Part shown: positions 38,244-47,645 of the stretch, piece after piece
How the letters are laid out: each line of letters opens with the position of its first letter
How positions within the stretch are numbered: the first letter of the stretch is position 1
IMG/VR virus record: IMGVR_UViG_3300035130_000143
DNA: 64,000 bases
Strand: one strand, 5' to 3'
From: an uncultured virus (IMG/VR IMGVR_UViG_3300035130_000143)
Taxonomy: Duplodnaviria; Heunggongvirae; Uroviricota; Caudoviricetes
Notes under the pieces: model-generated
The model's input: the letters and a program-made list of their open reading frames with translations, nothing else
Database searches by the model: none
What the model was told of the DNA's origin: nothing
Made by a program: the position numbers and the translations under genes

Positions 38244-38806
38244 TGAACCAACAGACTCCCCTCGTCATCACAGCCCAGACCATCCCTGCCGCCGAAGGAA
38301 TGAAAGTGCATTTTTCACAGAAGTCCAACGAATGGGCCACGCCTCAAGATGTGTTTGACAAACTGGATAGCATGTTTGGGCCATTCTCTTTGGACCCCTG
38401 CGCCACTCCCGAAAACGCAAAGTGCGAGCGGTTTTTCACGGCAAAAGAAGACGGGATAAAACAGGACTGGGGTACACACACTGTTTTTATGAATCCGCCA
38501 TACGGTAGGCAGATCGGGCGGTGGATTGCCAAAGCCTACCACGAAAGCTTGCAGGGCGCTATGGTGGTCTGCTTGATTCCAGCACGTACAGACACAGCAT
38601 ACTGGCATGATTACGTTATGCGCGCTGGCGAGGTTTATTTGCTACGCGGGCGCATAAAGTTCGTGGGGAGCAATAGTTCTGCGCCTTTTCCATCTTGCGT
38701 TGTGGTTTTTTATCCAAGAGATCATGACCAGTCACCTCTTTTTTTCTCGCTTGATTCACGTGCGGAGCGATGGGAAAGATACCACGAGGACGATATTCAT
38801 GAATAA
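38243..38806 (+). CDS. phage N6-adenine DNA methyltransferase (Dam-like)
   Basis: EWATPQ, LDPCAT, FMNPPYG, LIPARTDT..WH, GRIKF. Confidence 0.92.
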   Translation: MNQQTPLVITAQTIPAAEGMKVHFSQKSNEWATPQDVFDKLDSMFGPFSLDPCATPENAKCERFFTAKEDGIKQDWGTHTVFMNPPYGRQIGRWIAKAYHESLQGAMVVCLIPARTDTAYWHDYVMRAGEVYLLRGRIKFVGSNSSAPFPSCVVVFYPRDHDQSPLFFSLDSRAERWERYHEDDIHE

Positions 38807-38927
38807 CAATCAAGTCCCTTTAGTCGCGACGGCGCAAACCATTCCCGGATTTGTGGCATGCGATCTGAGCGCGCCGGGTTTATCCGGTCCCTGGAAAAGC
38901 GGACGTTTGAGCAGAGGACATGGTGGA

Positions 38928-39476
38928 ATGACGAAAATGCTGATGCTTGACTTAGGTGCTGGATTAGGTGGCGCGTCTGAGGCAATGCGCCGACGCGGGT
39001 GGAATGTCGTAACGGTGGACATCAACCCGGAGTTTAACCCCGACATCGTGGCTGACTTACGCACGTGGTCCTGGGACGGCCCGCGCCCAGACCTGGTGTG
39101 GGCCAGCCCGCCCTGTGATGAATTTGCCAAGTTCGCCATGCGTTGCTGGTATGACGTGGATGCACTGGCTACCCCTGATGTGTCGCTGGTGTTGGCCTGT
39201 AAGCGTGTCATAGATGAGTGTCACCCGCGATTCTGGATTATCGAGAACGTGCGGGGAGCCATACAATTTCTTGAACCGATATTGGGCACGCCGCGCAAGT
39301 TTCGCCCCTATTATTTGTGGGGACACTTCCCATGCTTGGGTGATGTGAAAAGGCACACATGGGGCACAAAAACAAAAAAACTATCCTCTACCGCAAAGGC
39401 CGAACGCGCTGAGATACCATACTCGTTGAGCAAGGCTGTGGCCCTGGCGATAGAGCGACAGGGTGAATTGTTGTGA
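38928..39476 (+). CDS. compact C5-cytosine methyltransferase-like protein
   Basis: LDLGAGLGG, WASPPC, IIENVRG. Confidence 0.8.
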   Translation: MTKMLMLDLGAGLGGASEAMRRRGWNVVTVDINPEFNPDIVADLRTWSWDGPRPDLVWASPPCDEFAKFAMRCWYDVDALATPDVSLVLACKRVIDECHPRFWIIENVRGAIQFLEPILGTPRKFRPYYLWGHFPCLGDVKRHTWGTKTKKLSSTAKAERAEIPYSLSKAVALAIERQGELL

Positions 39477-39606
39477 CTGATAGGCCAACCATAGCCACAT
39501 TTTGTTCAGTGGCGTGGGTAAAGGGGACCGGGGCGCGCTTATTGCCTGAACGCGCCCCGGTTGAGGAGAAATACTACAAAAAGCTGATGGTTGAGGATAT
39601 TTTATC

Positions 39607-40308
39607 ATGAACGGTGTGGAAATGTCAAGAGTTATTTACGGCGACGCCCGCGAGATAGACCTGGCGCAGTTTGACCGCTACCAAACGATAGCGGCAGACC
39701 CGCCGTGGTTTTACAACGATCAGCGCAAAGTGCGCAAGGATGGCGCTACCCCCACGGCAGGTATAGGCGCGTGTCATCACTATGACCAAATGACCGTTGA
39801 AGAAATCTGCGCCATGCCCGTTGCCCAATTGGCCGCATCCCGCTGTCATCTCTACCTCTGGGCAACCGCTCCACTCTTACCCGACGCCTTGCAGGTCATG
39901 AACGCCTGGGGCTTTGAATACGCGACTGTTGCCTTTGCCTGGGTAAAGATGAACCCTGGCGCGTGGGGCGAGGCGCAGATCAGGATAAATCAACTAGATA
40001 TGTTTGGAACGCCGGACGAGCAGGTCGCGGCGTTCATGGATAACCTGGCTTTTTTCGGTCCTGGTTTTTACACCGGCTCAAACGTAGAACTTGTGCTGCT
40101 CGGACGGCGCGGTAAACCGTTCGCCCACGCCAAGGGCCGGAAAGCCGCGCAGGCCATCTTTGCTCCACGAGGAGAACACAGCGCCAAGCCTGAGCGGGTG
40201 CAAGACTTGATAGAATGGATGTACCCTGGCGCCGCGCCGCGTCTTGAGCTTTTCGCAAGGCGAGCGCGAGTAGGATGGGATGTATTTGGCAATGAAATAC
40301 AAGATTGA
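39607..40308 (+). CDS. MT-A70 family adenine methyltransferase
   Basis: ADPPW, LYLWAT, AWGFEY...WVK, EHSAKP, LELFARR..GWDVFGNE. Confidence 0.92.
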   Translation: MNGVEMSRVIYGDAREIDLAQFDRYQTIAADPPWFYNDQRKVRKDGATPTAGIGACHHYDQMTVEEICAMPVAQLAASRCHLYLWATAPLLPDALQVMNAWGFEYATVAFAWVKMNPGAWGEAQIRINQLDMFGTPDEQVAAFMDNLAFFGPGFYTGSNVELVLLGRRGKPFAHAKGRKAAQAIFAPRGEHSAKPERVQDLIEWMYPGAAPRLELFARRARVGWDVFGNEIQD

Positions 40309-40347
40309 CGCGCCGGTTGTAAAATCGGCGCTAGAGCCACGAGAGCT

Positions 40348-41175
40348 GTGGCAAAGGCGGCTGTGGTGAGTAAATCAGTAGCGCAATACATTGTAGACGG
40401 ATTAAAATTGGAATTAAACCCAAAACTAGAGCAGCACACTGAAACTGATCTTGATACCGTATGCGCTATAACCGGTGAGCGCATTACTCAAGGCATTTTC
40501 TGGAAACATGTAATTCCTTCCTCAACAGGAGAATATTTGGGCCTCATGAGCGGTATGGCGTTCCCGTACCTGGGTATCCCCGCTGCCATGGCGTTCAAAG
40601 GCAGTTGGAACATGGGAAGCCGTCTGATTTTTGAGGACGGAACCATGTATCATCCGTACATTTCTACTGCAAGCGCAGAGAAAAGCGAACGTACCTGTTG
40701 GCGCGACCTGGTGCGCGACGTGTGGCCTGCGCGCCAGGGGCAATCGTGTCTCTGCATCATCACCGATGACTACAAAAAGAAAATTTGGCCGATGGCGCGG
40801 ACTGGAGAATTGGGTATGAATACACCAGTTCTTTTGTTAGATTCAGACAGGCTGCCGCCATCAAAAAACATAGCCTCACCCAGGCGCCTGGTTAGCCGTC
40901 TGGCATTACATAGATTGACAATTAACTGGGAAAAATTGATAGCGGTTCTCGATTTTGTCGAAACTGTTCGCGCTGCTGGCTTCGGTAGACAGGCTATCTC
41001 GGAAAGCCTGTTTACGTTCTACGCGGCGCTGATGGAGAATCAATCAACTGTGTCGAGCTGGGAAGCTCGATTGGTCGAACTGCGCGAGACGCCAGAGTTT
41101 GCCGTGGCGCTATTGATTGCGCAAAAAGATGTCGCTGAACAAGGCAAACGAGAAAAGCAACTTAGTTTTTTATAA
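40348..41175 (+). CDS. csf1: type IV CRISPR large subunit Csf1 (Cas8-like), putative
   Basis: position upstream of csf2, size, CAITG motif, KKKIWP motif. Confidence 0.65.
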   Translation: MAKAAVVSKSVAQYIVDGLKLELNPKLEQHTETDLDTVCAITGERITQGIFWKHVIPSSTGEYLGLMSGMAFPYLGIPAAMAFKGSWNMGSRLIFEDGTMYHPYISTASAEKSERTCWRDLVRDVWPARQGQSCLCIITDDYKKKIWPMARTGELGMNTPVLLLDSDRLPPSKNIASPRRLVSRLALHRLTINWEKLIAVLDFVETVRAAGFGRQAISESLFTFYAALMENQSTVSSWEARLVELRETPEFAVALLIAQKDVAEQGKREKQLSFL

Positions 41176-41186
41176 GGAGAATAAAA

Positions 41187-42629
41187 ATGCAAGCGAAACA
41201 TTTTCAATTGGCGCTGACGGCTAAAGAGGCCATCAGTCACCACGACCCAACGACGGGAAACGACAGTAATATTCTGACGTTCAACCGTCAATTACAGTTC
41301 GTCAAGCGCGACCCAACCGACACGCCGGTTTTTAGCCATCTGGTCGAGGCGCTTTGTGAGCAGAATCCTATGCCCGCGAGCGTGGGCGCGCTGACGAGTC
41401 GTCTGAATTTGCCGGAATGGTTGAGTGCGGCTTACATTCGTCTCTTGTTAGACATCCACAATAAAGCTGACACCGACACTGACGAAAGTCGAGAGAAAAA
41501 GACAAAGAAAAAAGATGGGCAAGGGCTGTTGTCGGGCATGCAGCGGTATCGCATGCTCGAAAACCGCCTGCAAACGTCAGCGGTAAAATGCTCAACACTA
41601 CACGGTTTGTGGTCTGTACTGACACATGATTTGTTGTTGGAAATGCATGACAGCAAACACGACGAGGCCATAGCCGCGTTCTGGACGCTTCCCCCCAGCG
41701 TCCAGTATTCTATGCTCACGACGATGAGCAAGCAACACCGCGCAGTTTCAACTCTGGCGCGTGTCTGGCACGCGGCAAACAAATGCCAGAGCGCAGAGTA
41801 TTGCGCGGCTGCAAAGATTCCTTATGCGCCCCAGGAGATGGCAGCGCGCTCGTTCACCGACGAGGATTTTCCAGAGCCGCCAGACGAGATAGTACTAGAT
41901 GTGCCCGCGATTAGCGTCAACAGTCTACGTCATCAACTGGTGCGCGAGCCGTCCTGGTTGCACCTGTGTTCATTGTTGGGGATTGAACCTCAGGCTAGAG
42001 GCGAGGGACCGTTGCCCGTGGGGGCCGACGCGATTTTTGCCAATGGCGGAAACATTGAAAAAGGCGCGAGCCAGCCAAGCAACACATTTTATCTGGCTGG
42101 CGAGATTCGCAAAGCCTACCCATCACTGGACTTGTTGGGCGGTACAACCTCGTCGTTTGACCTGGGCGAAAGTAAGCTGGAACTTTCGGCCTGGATTGTC
42201 TGCAAGGAAAATGCGGACAATCTGCCCGCCGCGCTACAGAATACGGCGCAGGCCCAAACCAGCGTGTTTGAAATGCTAGACGAGGTAACGCGCACGCGCC
42301 ACGCCACAGCAGACGGACAGGGCCAGATGATTTACAACTACGAGACCCTGGTAGCAGGTACGCAGGTCTTTGTCGAGTTGGCGCTAACGCCATACACCAC
42401 GGCGCTGACCGAGGGTGCGCTGGCGGCGGCGCTGGATTACTATGAGCGGAATGACAATGTGATAGGCGGCCAGTCCGCTCGCGGGCATGGGCACGTGAGC
42501 GTTGAATGGCTGACGGACAAGCCGCAGGGCATGGCTGACTATGAGCAGTTTGTCACAGAGCGCAAGGATGAATTGTACAACGGCCTCGTGAACAAGACGC
42601 TGTGCTCTGGCGCGCAGGTGATTAAATAG
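41187..42629 (+). CDS. csf2: type IV Cas7 (Csf2) with a large helical insertion resembling Cas11
   Basis: LTAKEAISHH, VPAISVNSLRHQL, FANGG, YPSLDLLGG, TRTR, QMIYNYETLVAGT, IGGQSARGHG. Confidence 0.88.
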   Translation: MQAKHFQLALTAKEAISHHDPTTGNDSNILTFNRQLQFVKRDPTDTPVFSHLVEALCEQNPMPASVGALTSRLNLPEWLSAAYIRLLLDIHNKADTDTDESREKKTKKKDGQGLLSGMQRYRMLENRLQTSAVKCSTLHGLWSVLTHDLLLEMHDSKHDEAIAAFWTLPPSVQYSMLTTMSKQHRAVSTLARVWHAANKCQSAEYCAAAKIPYAPQEMAARSFTDEDFPEPPDEIVLDVPAISVNSLRHQLVREPSWLHLCSLLGIEPQARGEGPLPVGADAIFANGGNIEKGASQPSNTFYLAGEIRKAYPSLDLLGGTTSSFDLGESKLELSAWIVCKENADNLPAALQNTAQAQTSVFEMLDEVTRTRHATADGQGQMIYNYETLVAGTQVFVELALTPYTTALTEGALAAALDYYERNDNVIGGQSARGHGHVSVEWLTDKPQGMADYEQFVTERKDELYNGLVNKTLCSGAQVIK

Positions 42630-42630
42630 C

Positions 42631-43377
42631 GTGGACGAGATTGCACGCGCTGGATTTTTAGCGCATGCCATGTTGCCTGTATACAAGCGGCGCGTGGCGC
42701 GGGCTAGAGAGTGGATTCGTCGGGCATTGGAGTTGTGCCATAGTCCATACGTGGCATGGAGCGTGGGCGGCAAAGATTCATCTGTCATGTTGGATTTGGT
42801 GTTGGAGCAATCGCCCATAGAGGCCCGCGTGTTGGTTAGTGGAGAGACCAGGTATTTATTTCCAGAATTTAACGGAATAATTGAATGGTGGCAGAGAAAG
42901 CATGGAAACAAGTTGATGGTCTCTCTTATTGAAACTGATAGGGTATGGTCAAGCAACATGGCGTTTGATGAACAGCGCAAGGCCGGGCGCAACGACATCA
43001 TGAACTTACTTCCGACAGAAGCGCATGACCTGGTTTTTTTAGGCTTGCGCGACAAGGAAAGTAATCGGCGCGAGTTAGCCAATAAGCGCGGCATTATCCG
43101 TCGCTATGCACAATCGCGAAAAAAGAATATCCGGGGAACTTACGTGTGTGTACCAATAGCCAAACTGACCACAAGGGACATAGCAGCATACACCGTAACT
43201 AATCAAATACCAGTATTCAATGTGTATACAGAATGCGGATTTGATGAACGCACAACTCTGCGTCTGACGGGAGATGCGGTGCGGCAAATGGCATTTCAGC
43301 GATTGCGCATAACTAACCCAAAAGAGTATAATGCCTTGCTGCACAGATTTCCCGAACTCAACCAATGGAATGGATAA
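42631..43377 (+). CDS. cysH: CysH/PAPS-reductase-family PP-loop protein of a type IV-B locus
   Basis: YVAWSVGGKDSSVM, FLGLRDKES.RR, PIAKLTTRDI. Confidence 0.85.
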   Translation: MDEIARAGFLAHAMLPVYKRRVARAREWIRRALELCHSPYVAWSVGGKDSSVMLDLVLEQSPIEARVLVSGETRYLFPEFNGIIEWWQRKHGNKLMVSLIETDRVWSSNMAFDEQRKAGRNDIMNLLPTEAHDLVFLGLRDKESNRRELANKRGIIRRYAQSRKKNIRGTYVCVPIAKLTTRDIAAYTVTNQIPVFNVYTECGFDERTTLRLTGDAVRQMAFQRLRITNPKEYNALLHRFPELNQWNG

Positions 43378-43779
43378 ATGGATGTACTTCTGTATCAAGT
43401 TAATCGCAACCTGAACCGAGCATATCGCACGGCAGAAGCATTCGGTGTGGCGCGTATGTTATTGCTAGATTGCGGCAGCGCGCTATTGGCCGGAAATCTA
43501 TTCAAGGCGCGAGACCGGGTGAAACTTGTATCAATTGACAAGTGGCCTGCTCCCTGGGGGCTGTTGGCGCTAGAAACTTACTACCCACACTCAATAGAAA
43601 TCACGGACTGGTCAGAAGTGACTACTATTGTAATTGGCGGGGAATCTCATGGGCTGCCGCGCAATCTCGAAGCAGCACAGCGTGCGCGAATACTTACGGT
43701 TGGCGCAATATCGGGACTAACCGTTGAGGCCGCCCTGGCTATAGCATTATATGAATGGAGGCGAAATGATTCGTATTAA
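43378..43779 (+). CDS. SpoU/TrmH-like SPOUT methyltransferase (minimal)
   Basis: RNLNRAYRTAEAFG, IVIGGESHGLP, GLTVEAALAIALYEW. Confidence 0.8.
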   Translation: MDVLLYQVNRNLNRAYRTAEAFGVARMLLLDCGSALLAGNLFKARDRVKLVSIDKWPAPWGLLALETYYPHSIEITDWSEVTTIVIGGESHGLPRNLEAAQRARILTVGAISGLTVEAALAIALYEWRRNDSY

Positions 43780-44527
43780 AGAACTTGACGCCCTAACCTC
43801 AAAATTTGCACAGTGCGCTCTTGACCCCCTGCGCGTGACGTTCTACCTGGAACACAACGCTCGCGTGGTCAACTATGACCCAATTCATCTTGATGGACTG
43901 CTGGCCCGCGCCGTGGTCGAACGCGCCACGCGGGGGCGCTTGCTGGCTGACTGCGAGGACGGCTACTGGATACCGTTGCCGCTTCAAATGTTGTGGCAGA
44001 GCGATGATGGGTTTCCGCTCTGGGCGTCCACCATGCTCTATCCAGCCGCAAAGACCATAAAAGACGTTTATGTACGCCACAAGCGCAACTCTGGCGGCGA
44101 GTTGCACAATAGAAAGAAAATGATTACCCGGAAAGGCTCCTGGATGGAGCGGCGCATACCCACCCCCACGCTGGTGTGTGACCGGTACGAGGCATATTGT
44201 GTCGGCAACCTGGACGCCGTGCAAAATCTACTTGGCGGCTTTGCACGCATTGGCAAGTTGCGCCTGGCGCGGGTCAACGGCGTCAAAGTTGAACCAGTAG
44301 ATGAATTTTCACTTTGGCGAGGCGACAAACTGGCGCGGCCCGTGCCCGCTGAATCAAAGCTGATTGACCTGGTTGAGAAACCGTCTTTAGTCGGCTGGAC
44401 GCCGCCGCACTGGAAACCGTCATTGTTCTCGCCTGGCTGGCAGGCGGGAACAAGGCGAGCAGAGAACTTGCGAGAGTTTTTGGACTTGACATATTTACAG
44501 GAGATAGATTATTTTGACGCAGTGTAA
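43766..44527 (+). CDS. csf3: type IV Cas5 (Csf3)
   Basis: PLRVTF...IHLDGLLA, PLWAS, YCVGN...V..LL....IGK, RPVP, PPHW. Confidence 0.85.
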   Translation: MIRIKELDALTSKFAQCALDPLRVTFYLEHNARVVNYDPIHLDGLLARAVVERATRGRLLADCEDGYWIPLPLQMLWQSDDGFPLWASTMLYPAAKTIKDVYVRHKRNSGGELHNRKKMITRKGSWMERRIPTPTLVCDRYEAYCVGNLDAVQNLLGGFARIGKLRLARVNGVKVEPVDEFSLWRGDKLARPVPAESKLIDLVEKPSLVGWTPPHWKPSLFSPGWQAGTRRAENLREFLDLTYLQEIDYFDAV

Positions 44528-44768
44528 TGTGAACCGACTTGTGGATATTTGGCTTTTTTTGTCCGAGCGCCCAAGCCGTGGTACGGCTGTGTCTGATGCG
44601 CTTGGACTTCCTCGGTCATACATTTATAACCACGGCTTGCATCAAATGGAAGAGCGGGGCTTTTTATTGAGCCAGGATGAAAAAAGTCGTCTGTACCCGT
44701 TCAAGATTTGCGATATGGAAAACTTTCGCCTGATGCCGTGTGCAGAGCGCCCACGGCGCAGGTTGTGA
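44514..44768 (+). CDS. small winged-helix-like protein
   Basis: VSDALGLPRSYIY...MEERGFLLSQDE. Confidence 0.5.
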   Translation: MTQCNVNRLVDIWLFLSERPSRGTAVSDALGLPRSYIYNHGLHQMEERGFLLSQDEKSRLYPFKICDMENFRLMPCAERPRRRL

Positions 44769-44783
44769 TGCGTTGAGGCGGCT

Positions 44784-45923
44784 GTGGTGAAAGCGTTCTA
44801 TGCCGACGACCGAGTGAAGTTGTATCGGGCCGACGCCCTTGACCTCTTGCGCAGTCTTGACGCCGCCAGCGTCAGCCTCATTTTTGCCGACCCGCCCTAT
44901 AAAGGCGTAAAAAATCTCTGGTGGGACAACCAATGGAAAAGCGACGCCGACTTTTTGGCCTGGATAGGCGCGCTCTGCGATGGGTTTAAGCGTGTGTTGG
45001 CTCCCAATGGCAGCTTCTACGTCTGCGCTAGTCCGGCGATGGCCTGGGCAGTTGAGGGCCAGGTGCGCCAGCGGTTCAATGTGCTAAACTCTATCCGGTG
45101 GTACAAAGACGCGGGCTGGCACAAAAAAGCGCGACCAGAGGACCTGAGAAGCTACCTGGAGCCGTGGGAGAGCATCATTTTCGCAGAACAATGGTGGGCC
45201 GATGCCAGCGCCGAGGGTGAGGCGGGCTACTATTCCCAGTGCAAGGCGTTGCACAAAAATGTCTACGCGCCCATTGGTCGCTACATCCAACAGGAGCGGG
45301 AGCGGGCGGCCCTGAGCAGGAATGACGTTGAGGTTGCTCTTGGGTACGTGTCAGGTAACGACCCGACAAGAGGGACGGCGTTGTGCTATCGGTGGGAAGA
45401 AGGATCAAGCCTACCGACTAAAGATGCCTATGAGCGCCTGCGCGTGTACCTGAACACGCATGGGAATGGTTGTGGTGAGTACTTGCGCGAAAGCTATGAG
45501 TATCTGCGCGAAAGCTACGAGGACTTGCGCGCAGAGTATGAAAGCCTGCGCCGCCCATTCACCCTCACCAAAGACCGTCCCTCAACTGATCTGTGGACCT
45601 ACGAGTCGGTGCAGCCAGACGACGAAAAGCACCCGACCGAAAAGCCGCTAGAAATGCTCTTAGACATCGTAAAGACATCGAGCCGCCCGATGGACCTTGT
45701 TGTTGACCCGTTCCTGGGGCGCGGCGCAACTGCCGTGGCGGCCCAGGGGTTGGGCCGCCGCTTTGTCGGGGGCGATATTCAAGAGCACTGGGTCAGCGCC
45801 ACGGTTTCCAGACTGAAAGAGGCTCGGGGAGAAATGCACATGCGGGTCAGGCGCAGGGATGAGCCGCAAAAACAAGCAGGACAAATTGACCTGTTTGAAA
45901 TACTAGAACGAGGGCTAGAGTGA
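44784..45923 (+). CDS. N4/N6 DNA methyltransferase (beta class) with an inserted XRE-like HTH
   Basis: ADPPY, HPTEKP, DPFLGRG; insert IQQERERAALSRNDV...RWEEGSSLP. Confidence 0.9.
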   Translation: MVKAFYADDRVKLYRADALDLLRSLDAASVSLIFADPPYKGVKNLWWDNQWKSDADFLAWIGALCDGFKRVLAPNGSFYVCASPAMAWAVEGQVRQRFNVLNSIRWYKDAGWHKKARPEDLRSYLEPWESIIFAEQWWADASAEGEAGYYSQCKALHKNVYAPIGRYIQQERERAALSRNDVEVALGYVSGNDPTRGTALCYRWEEGSSLPTKDAYERLRVYLNTHGNGCGEYLRESYEYLRESYEDLRAEYESLRRPFTLTKDRPSTDLWTYESVQPDDEKHPTEKPLEMLLDIVKTSSRPMDLVVDPFLGRGATAVAAQGLGRRFVGGDIQEHWVSATVSRLKEARGEMHMRVRRRDEPQKQAGQIDLFEILERGLE

Positions 45924-46046
45924 ACTTGTTTTGCGCTGACGACCGAGTGAAGCTATACCAGGCTGACGTCCTACACTGGGCGCGTTGGTACAAGGATGAG
46001 ATAGTTTGGGAAAATCGAACCCCCGGGGGCGTAAAGAGAGGTGATT
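45921..46046 (+). pseudogene. 5' remnant of a DNA methyltransferase gene
   Basis: VNLFCADDRVKLYQADVLHWARWYK resembles the starts of the 44784 and 50925 genes. Confidence 0.6.
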
Positions 46047-47264
46047 GTGGAATTGAACGATTTTACTTTTAGCGGAATGATTTTGATACTTCTAGGCGCG
46101 GCGCTCGCTTATGTGCGTGCTGTTCCACGGGCGCTATGGCAGTTTATCAAGACGCGATTTACAATTGTCATAGATGTGACTGAGCGGGACGTGTTTTATG
46201 ATTGGGTGGCGAACTGGCTGGCCGAGCAAGAGCACTTCAAGAAATGTCGCCGTCTATCTGTGTCTGCACAGCGCAAGAGAGAGGATGATGTCGCGGAGCT
46301 AACTTCTGACTCAGGGCGCAAAGCCTGGCAAATCAAAGTTGTTCCTGCCCAGGGAGAGCATTTCTTTATGTGGCGCGGTTGCAGAGTATGGATGCACAAA
46401 GATCGCGAAAAGCTCAAAGAGACAGGAGTGTTCCTGGGATTTTTCGAGTCAGTTCAATTTACATTTCTAACACGTAATCGCACACTTGTTGAAAGTTTCT
46501 TGGATGAGGTGCGTCAATTCAATGTCTCAGACGACGATGCCAGGCTTGCCATTTACACAAATCAATATTCCTCTTGGAGACTGTTTTCTTTGGTTCATCC
46601 ACGGTCGCCAAATACCGTTGTCCTAAGCGATGATAAAATGCAATCTCTCATTAAAGATATAGAACAGTTTTTTGCGTCAAAGTTATGGTATAGAGAACAC
46701 GCTATACCGTATCGGCGCGGCTATCTTTTACATGGCCCACCAGGGAACGGCAAAAGCAGTTCGGTGCGGGCGCTTGCGTCTCATTTCGGGCGTGATGTGT
46801 ATATCCTGCGCGCCGGAAAAGACTTGGACGATGCGAATTTTATGGAGTTGTTGATTGATTTGCCAGAGAATGCTTTTTTGTTGATAGAGGACGTTGATAA
46901 AATTTCCGATGACAGAAACGAGAACAGATTGACTCGTAGCGGCTTTCTCAATGCACTTGACGGGATTGCGGCCACGACTGGCAGAGTCGTTTTCATGACG
47001 ACAAACTTTGTAGACGAATTGGATGAGGCGCTAATGCGCCCCGGTCGCGCCGATGTAGTTTGGTTCATTGACACACCTACGAGGCAACAGGCTGAAATTT
47101 ATCTCAATCGCTTTCTGGATACTGCCAACACAGAGCGTGTTATATCGGCCATGAGCGATTTGAACGGCAGAATGTCTATGGCTGCTTTGCAGGCTGAGAT
47201 TATTCGTCGCTGTACTCCAGGGGCGCAAGGAGTGAAAATCAATGAACAAGCTCAAGAACAATAG
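46041..47264 (+). CDS. BCS1-like AAA+ ATPase with an N-terminal TM segment
   Basis: IPYRRGYLLHGPPGNGKSS, LLIEDVD, SGFLNALDG, MTTN, ALMRPGRAD. Confidence 0.9.
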   Translation: MIVELNDFTFSGMILILLGAALAYVRAVPRALWQFIKTRFTIVIDVTERDVFYDWVANWLAEQEHFKKCRRLSVSAQRKREDDVAELTSDSGRKAWQIKVVPAQGEHFFMWRGCRVWMHKDREKLKETGVFLGFFESVQFTFLTRNRTLVESFLDEVRQFNVSDDDARLAIYTNQYSSWRLFSLVHPRSPNTVVLSDDKMQSLIKDIEQFFASKLWYREHAIPYRRGYLLHGPPGNGKSSSVRALASHFGRDVYILRAGKDLDDANFMELLIDLPENAFLLIEDVDKISDDRNENRLTRSGFLNALDGIAATTGRVVFMTTNFVDELDEALMRPGRADVVWFIDTPTRQQAEIYLNRFLDTANTERVISAMSDLNGRMSMAALQAEIIRRCTPGAQGVKINEQAQEQ

Positions 47265-47645
47265 TTTTGAGGGCGGGAGCATGGAGAATCCCTACAGCGG
47301 CGACCGGGGAGAACACGAGATTGCACAGAAAGAAATTCGGCTGGCGTCCTCGTGAAACGCAAGCGCGCCCTGAAGATACAGCCAGGAGACCGTGTACTCT
47401 GCCAGATATTCAACCCCGTCACCGGCGGCTTTGGCCGCCCGTTCGAGGGAGTAATTGAGGACACCGAGGGCCTCATGTACCTGGTGCGCCCACGTGGGCG
47501 GGGGTACTTGGAGCCGTTGCAGAGGAAGGAGATCAAAGTGGTAAAGGGGATAGGATGGGGGTAGCTTGCCAGACCATTCCCCTGACGAGTTCGAGGCCCT
47601 GGGCCTGTCGCTGGTCGAGGGCGAGGATAATCAGATACCCCTGGG

